A stretch of DNA of 64,000 bases, taken from positions 54,684,001 through 54,748,000 of the forward strand of contig OX597826.1 in the NCBI GenBank assembly GCA_951406725.2. The letters run 5' to 3'. The translations under genes and the position numbers were made by a program. The notes under the pieces are model-generated. The model was not told the DNA's origin. It saw only the letters and a program-made list of their open reading frames with translations, and did not search any database. Positions within the stretch are counted from its first letter, which is position 1, and every line of letters begins with the position of its first letter. The stretch comes from Octopus vulgaris (lineage: Eukaryota). Below, piece after piece: positions 56,911-64,000 of the stretch.

Positions 56911-58257
56911 GCATTTCGATGTAGCTGTCTCCCTCTCTCACTAAATTTCTTTACCCCTGATTACCTCTCAAACTCTCTTAATCTGTTTATACACATCCGG
57001 CTCATTAAATACCCCGCTTCTCATTCAAAATCTCTCAATCTCTTCATCTCATTCTCACTCTCTTTCACTCTCTTTCGTAATCTCTCCATATCTTTCTCTA
57101 AATCTCGATCTCAATGAACCTCTCCCTCAATTTCTGAATCCCTCTTTTTATCTCAATCTCTCATCTCCCCTTTAAATTTTTTTTTTCAACCTTTGTTCTT
57201 CTTAAGCATTTGGATCTCAGAAGATACCATCAAAAATAGATAGAATAATTTATATCAAATCATGATCAAAGAGTTCATTTGCAAGAAGTGCCCAAGAACA
57301 TGTAAATGTGTATCTGGGGAGGATTTTCTTTCTCTTGATGCTATCAAAAGGTACAACAGTGAACGTGCATTTAAAGCCTCGTGGTGTCACAAGCAAGATG
57401 TGACAAGGGCCACTCCTGAACCTCAAACGCCCACATGTTATATTCAAGAGCCCTACTACTAGTACCACCACCACTACTACTATCAGTCCCACCACCTCCG
57501 CCGCCGCCACCACTACTGTCTTCAGCTCCACCATCATCACCACATCTACTACTATTACTGTCTCAAGACCACTATATCTCTCTTTCAATTCTGAATCCGT
57601 TGAGGAACACACATGTCAGGAGCAACTGTAATATTATCAAAACCTCACATGCTAATACTATTACAACTAGCAGTTTTCGCTAAAAAAAAAAATCCACTCG
57701 CAAAAGGACTGAACTCGGAACTAAGTGCTTGCGAAGCAAATCTTCTTACCATACAGCCACGCCTGCGCGTACGTTCATTAGACATCTCATAACTTGCTCG
57801 TAGTTTATTAGAACAAGGCTTCTCGTAGCTGTGTAAGTAACAGTTCAAATGACAAAACACAAAGACTAGAGCACAAAAAACAAGCAAACAGACAAACAAA
57901 AAATAAAACCGACAGCAACAACAACTAAAAACGTTCAATCAAAATCAGTATCTGTTTTACAAACCTTTCTTATCCATGTGTACTGTAACAGGGACCGGCT
58001 TTGCAAACCGAATATAGAATTATAAATGATAGATCTACGTGTAGTGAAAGGTCTGCTGTAGAGCAGCATGCAAATATATCATCACAGGCGGGAGGATGAA
58101 GCAACCTTGTAAGATATGCAGAAAGCTTCTGAGCTGAACACAAACATATAGATGCCATGGTGATTCTAAAAGCAGGTTAAGTCATTAAATAAAGGTTCTC
58201 TCTGTTATTTAAAAGGTATTCTAATAGGATATTTGCATATGTATCTGTAAAAGTGTG

Positions 58258-58354
<97 letters not shown>

Positions 58355-58577
58355 CGACTGACATGATGTCGCATCGTCTCCACAGGTAATCGGCTTTTTG
58401 ACCTTTTATTACATAAATTTTGTTTCAATTTTGTTTCAATTTTTGCACACAAGGTGTGTAAAGCACCCAACTTTCGTTTGAGTGTGTTTTCAAGTCAGGA
58501 ATTGACACCTAGGGGCAGATTCAAACATATTTACATTTCTATTTTCTTCGGTTTCCTTGCCATATTTCTATACAAAT

Positions 58578-58960
58578 ATGGCTAAACGAAACCACGAGAC
58601 CGACTTCCCGCCTCTACCAATGCTAGAGGCGAAGGAAGCTGAAAGCTTAGCCGTTCCGCGTGAACGCACGAATGCTTCTGCTACAATAACCACTGCCTCC
58701 ACCATTGCATCCACCACCACCGCCATCACCAGCACAACCAACACGAATACCGATAACAATTTTGCCGCGGCTTTGAAGCCAAAGAAAAAAATAGTGCATT
58801 TTGCGAAGGATGAACTACTTGCCTGTAAAGAAATGTTCGCAAAAAAATGAAGTCATCATTCAATTACAGACACCTGAAAACATCACAAAAAATATCTCAA
58901 AGAAAAAACAGTCATTTACAAGACACTCAACGCGAAAACAAAAGTACAGGAAACAGTCAT
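58578..58960 (+). pseudogene. Possible N-terminus of a LINE ORF1 (L1/Tx1-like gag), truncated by a SINE
   Basis: MAKRNHETDFPPLP, a Thr-rich stretch, then NFAAALKPKKK. FPPL and (S/N)(Y/F)AxAxK are frequent in LINE ORF1 proteins. Frameshift in the A-run at ~58845; no downstream domain. Confidence 0.35.
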
Positions 58961-58962
58961 TA

Positions 58963-59323
58963 CTCTTTTACTTGTTTCAGTCATTTGACTGTGGTCATGC
59001 TGGAGCACCGCCTTTAGTCGAGCAAATCGACCCCAGGACTTATTCTTTGTAAGCCTAGTACTTACTCTATCGGTCACTTTTGCCGAACCGCTAGTTACGG
59101 GGACGTAAACACACCAGCATCGGTTGTCAAGCGATGTTGGGAGGACACATACACACACATATATATATGCATATATACGACGGGATTCTTTCAGTTTCCG
59201 TCTACCAAAATCCACTCACAAGGCTTTGGTCGGCCCGAGGCTATAATAGAAGACGCTTGGGACTGAACCCGGAACTATGTGGTTCGTAAGCAAGTTAGTT
59301 ACAACACAGCCACTCCTACGCCT
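58963..59323 (-). mobile_element. SINE type A, near full length
   Basis: CTCTTTTACTTGTTTCAGTCATTTGACTG...ACACAGCCACTCCTACGCC. Confidence 0.88.
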
Positions 59324-59566
59324 ATATATATATATACATGTGTGTATGTATGTGTGTGTGTGTATGTATATGCCTATACATATATGCATATACATAATGC
59401 GCAAATTAACGTACGTTCATCTCTGTATATTCAAGTGATCTTTATGCAACAACTAGAGAGATTTTGATGTCTGAATAACTGTAAGAAGCCTTATTAAATG
59501 CAATCATATAATCAAACATGTATTTTGCGGCAACTTTAGATTAGTTATATGAAAAGACAATATCAA

Positions 59567-59655
<89 letters not shown>

Positions 59656-60714
59656 ATATTACATAAGCTATTTACTTATTAAATAGATATTTTAAACACA
59701 AACACAAATAAATTGACCATAATATATACGAGGTATGAATAATTGGAAATCAGAAAAGCTAAAGACATGTAAACAACATCGCTATTAATGTTAGTTCCTA
59801 CTAATGCACGGGTGTTTCCTTTGTAAATCAACTTCGTAAATATTGTTACTGCGAATAAATAGAGAGAAAAGAAAACAAAATGAATTTGTTTACTTATTTT
59901 AAAAATTGAGAAATAAATAACGATAGGAAATATATTATATTATATTTATCAAATTTTCACTGCTCCATTATATATATGATATATTTTGTATGTTAAATGA
60001 GAACTTTTCAAGCTATAATGTTTCTGATTCGACCGTTTAACGATTATTAGAACTCCGTGTTAATGAATGCACATATTTCACTGCCACGGTTGATTCTCTA
60101 TGGGGTTATCTAATATGTTGGATGTAGTAGTTATACCTTCTTCCTCATCTTTCAAGGAAATACATTGGATAATAAAATATTAAGTAGAACCGGCCTGGAG
60201 AAGAGACAGTATGGTCACAAATGGAATAATTTGATAAAATATCAACCCGAACACAGCTTATCTGAGAATTTATACATTTCTAACATACGCTCTTAGCTGA
60301 GGAGCCAATGAGAAAGTATCTGTGTAAATATTCGGTTGGCTGAAAATAACAGCTAAATTCCCCGCATGTTGTGCCGTACTGTCTTGGATATATAGGAAAC
60401 ACTAGGTAATACTAATATCTTCGCGTTCAAATAGCGCTAATGCCATCTTTGATTTTCATCCTTTCGGGGTCAGTAGAAAGATATATCTTTCTATTCAGGT
60501 AAGGAGATGGGCGTTATCATTAGTGTGTGATGGGATGCATTGCAGTATCATTTCTGGTTTTGTGCATTGTGAGTTCAAATCTCGCGCCGTCACTGTATTA
60601 CGTATTATATTTCTGTTTAGAGTTCCGTCTTACAGATAGTATTCCAGTGGAAAAAAGCTCCCTTGGTTCCATCGAAAGGTTGACTATCACCCCACCGTTA
60701 TTACTACCATAATA

Positions 60715-61033
60715 ACGAACATCAACATCATCATCAGCAGCAGCAGCAGCAGCACCACCACCACCGCCACCACCATCATCACCACCACCACCACCACCTG
60801 CTTCAGCTAAACGACCGCCCTCGCAACCACCACCACCACCACCACCACCATCACGGAAAACAATAACAACAACGAAAACAACAACACTACACTCGTTAGC
60901 ACCAATAACAGCAAAACTACCAAAACCACCACTACTAACACCACAACCACCACAATCACCACTACTAGCACCACCGCAACATCAGCATCCTCTTGACCAC
61001 CACCACCACCACCACCAACACCACGATCACCTC

Positions 61034-61065
<32 letters not shown>

Positions 61066-61165
61066 TTATCATCATTATCATCATCACAGAAATAATAGCG
61101 CCACCAGCGTCAAAGCTATCACCATCAAAACCACGACGACGACGAGTAACACACCCCACCACCAA
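60715..61165. repeat. Compound trinucleotide low-complexity region (CAG/CAC/AAC/ATC)
   Basis: Successive imperfect triplet runs. Confidence 0.85.
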
Positions 61166-61398
61166 ATATACTATACGTGAACTAATTAAGACTGTTAATT
61201 AAATAATCAAACTTTTGCCAAAGTATTCCTAATCAGTCTCATTAACACTGTTCGGTATTGTATTTATTTTGTTTTGAAATTTTGCATTAACTTGTTAGAA
61301 CTATGATTACTATAATTTCTATTATCTCCCCTGAAACAAACAGCTGCTACTGGTGGAGCTTCAGTCGGAGAATAACAATCAAATGGATAAAAATGTCC

Positions 61399-61793
61399 TT
61401 TTCTACTCGACTACAAGGCCCGAAAGTATTGGGGAAGGAGCCAGTCGATTAGATCGACTCTAATACGCAACTGGTACTTTATTTATCGATCCCGAAAGGA
61501 TGAGAGGTAAAGTCGACCTCGGCGGAATTTGAACTCAGAACGTAGCGGCAGAAGAAATACCTATTTCTTTACTACCCACAAGGGGCTAAACACAGAGAGG
61601 ACAAAGAAGGACAGACAAACGGATTAAGTCGATTATATCGACCCCAGTGCCTAATTGGTACTTATATAATCGACCCCGAAAGGATGAAAGGCAAAGTCGA
61701 CCTCGGCGGAATTTGAACTCAGAACGTAGCGGCCAATGAAATACCGCTAGGCATTTCGCCCGGTGTGCTAACGTTACTGCCACCTCGCTGCCT
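61399..61793 (-). mobile_element. SINE type B, dimeric
   Basis: Reverse-complement homologue of 12774-13200, with two cores. Confidence 0.88.
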
Positions 61794-61854
61794 TAAATGG
61801 ACGGAAATATTGAAAGAATACTCTGGCCTGTTACATACTGGTTACTATTTGATA

Positions 61855-62030
61855 GGTACGTGGTTTAGTGCTTAAGGGTAATCGGCTCACAATCGTAAGG
61901 TCTTGAGTTCGATACCTGGCAGTGCGTTGTATCTTTGAAGAAGAAACTTTATTTCAAGTTGCTGCAGTCTAATCAACTGGCAAAAATGAGAAGTACCTTT
62001 ATCTGAAGGGGCCAGCCTTGTCACCGATCA
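61855..62030 (+). mobile_element. SINE type C, 5' part
   Basis: GTGGTTTAGTGCTTAAGGG...GAGTTCGATACC...GGGCCAGCCTTGTCAC. Confidence 0.75.
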
Positions 62031-62189
62031 CGTGTTTAACACGTTTGGTTTGAAATCACGTGATCCTGTATAAGATTCAAATTGTGGAAAAATTAAATGA
62101 AATGTTTTTTAAAAATTATTTCCATAGTTTTCAAATACAAGGGACATTTTCCATTTTTCAGCCTGTCTCTGTCTCTCTTTTTTACTCAT

Positions 62190-62371
62190 ATATATAACGC
62201 TACGCTAGCCACTAAACCTTTTTATATTTTCTCATCTTGTTTATTTCTATGTTCCTTTCTGTCGAAGAGCGTAGACTCCAAACATAAATGACTTCCTCAC
62301 TTCCCAATCGTTAAACATCTGTTTGTTGTTTATACACCCGACTTCGTCTTTTGCTTTTTTGCAGATTCTCA

Positions 62372-62372
<1 letters not shown>
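62190..62372 (+). mobile_element. ~200-bp TA-anchored element with a degenerate hammerhead-like core
   Basis: CTGTCGAAGAGCGTAGACTCCAAAC at 62259-62283; CTTCGTCTTTTG before the (TA)n is shared with ~39955. Confidence 0.5.
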
Positions 62373-62440
<68 letters not shown>

Positions 62441-62521
62441 GAGGTCTACGTGTTCCACTGACTAAAGGCGGTGCTCCAGCGTGGCCGCAGTCAAATGACT
62501 GAAATAAATATAAGAATGAAA

Positions 62522-62591
<70 letters not shown>

Positions 62592-63535
62592 GGTAGTAAA
62601 ACGGTAATTTGTTCATTAATAAGAACAGAGTTACGACCAGGTGATGAGGAATTTGCTGTTTTTGAAAGTAATCATATTTCTCAAGAGTCAGTTTGTACGA
62701 CACCGCAAAATTACAGGAGACTGTTTTACGGTGTTTTAAGTACCACCTCCTTTTACTGTGCATGGTTATAATTTTCTTTCTCAGTTGCAAAATATTTGGG
62801 TTCTATTCGTATTTTTTTTTTTACTTATAGTTTAACATTTACCACTTTCACGGTTCTTTTGTTTCTGCATCTACATTAATTATAATGTTCCTTAAAATTT
62901 CCATTCGGTTTGATTGCTCATTAGCTGGAAGTGATGACCTTTTCTTCTTACTGACCAGTACCGTTATTATATCCGGTTTCACGAAATTATTTTTCCGTTG
63001 AAGATTTGACTGAATCAATAGAAGAGTGCATCCAGTGTCACAGGATTTGGTTATTTTGATATCGTTTTGTTTCTACTATTGAACCCGGCATCTCTACATT
63101 ATCATGCATAGTCGTTGGTTAGTTTTTGGACAGTATAGTTTTCCTGGTCGGTTCGGCTCAAAATGTCACCACACTAAGTCAATATTGCTGTGTCTTTACG
63201 GCTATATATATATATATATACTTTGTCTTCGTAAGACGTTTACTCTCAATTGAACTTATGTGCTTATGTGTGTGTGTGTGTGTGTGTGTGTGTCGCTGCT
63301 CCTGAAGATATGTGTTTATATATTTAAGTTGTATCTGACCCTTCTGACTGTCTGTCTGTCTGCTTGTCTCTCTCTCTCCCGTTTACTCTCTGTCCCCTCT
63401 CACTCTCTCTCTCCTCTCAGTCTCTCTGCTCTCACTCTTCCTCTCCTCTCTCTCTGTCCCCGTATATATCAATAACTTATTCGTTTCTTGTTTCTCTCTT
63501 CCTTTAAATATATATATATGCCTATCTATCTATAC

Positions 63536-63579
<44 letters not shown>

Positions 63580-63813
63580 GTACACACATGGATATTTCCA
63601 TATATTCTTCGATATAAAGTCTTATCTGCATATACATATATCCATATACATGCTATGAAAGCTATTGTGGGTTCACATATATCATGTGATTACGCACGTG
63701 CACTAACACACACTCATACACAATCTCACACAGACACAGGGTGTTACTTCAAATGTATTGATCACTTTAATAGTTTCGTACGTAAGCTATAAGACTCACA
63801 GAAGAACACATCA

Positions 63814-63902
<89 letters not shown>

Positions 63903-63927
63903 TTATATGTGTGTATTTCTCTTTCCA

Positions 63928-63979
<52 letters not shown>

Positions 63980-64000
63980 TTATACCCGCAGGCATGAACA

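Noticed and set aside
60715-61202. Poly-Q/H/T exon of a transcription factor or mucin
   Set aside because: There are stops or frame changes between triplet runs, no splice-bounded open frame and no flanking domain.

Overview
AT-rich, microsatellite-saturated eukaryotic DNA with no recognisable host gene. It is most likely intergenic or intronic sequence from an octopus or another coleoid cephalopod; this is inferred from the tRNA-derived SINE families and was not checked by a search. Almost all ORFs in the track are simple-repeat artefacts. The real coding remnants are all transposon-derived: a decayed Rep/PIF1-helicase Helitron (minus strand, ~7.96-10.87 kb), a Penelope-like RT relic interrupted by an intact 392-bp non-autonomous Helitron, a Penelope-like GIY-YIG fragment between inverted repeats, RTE-clade LINE 3' ends, R4/Dong-type REL-endonuclease 3' ends next to AAT/GAT repeats, and a Chapaev3-like transposase relic. 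Four tRNA-headed SINE types are present, and one forms multimers. The most notable structures are: (i) a recurring architecture of inverted repeat plus one-sided tail inserted in (TA)n, linked to Penelope-like elements; (ii) a family of ~200-bp TA-anchored elements with hammerhead-ribozyme-like cores; (iii) a 2.2-kb local templated duplication flanked by a 43-bp direct repeat; (iv) a 3x170-bp SINE-junction array inside the Helitron; (v) a four-core SINE bounded by one 17-bp TSD. I cannot support a wholly new protein-coding system here.
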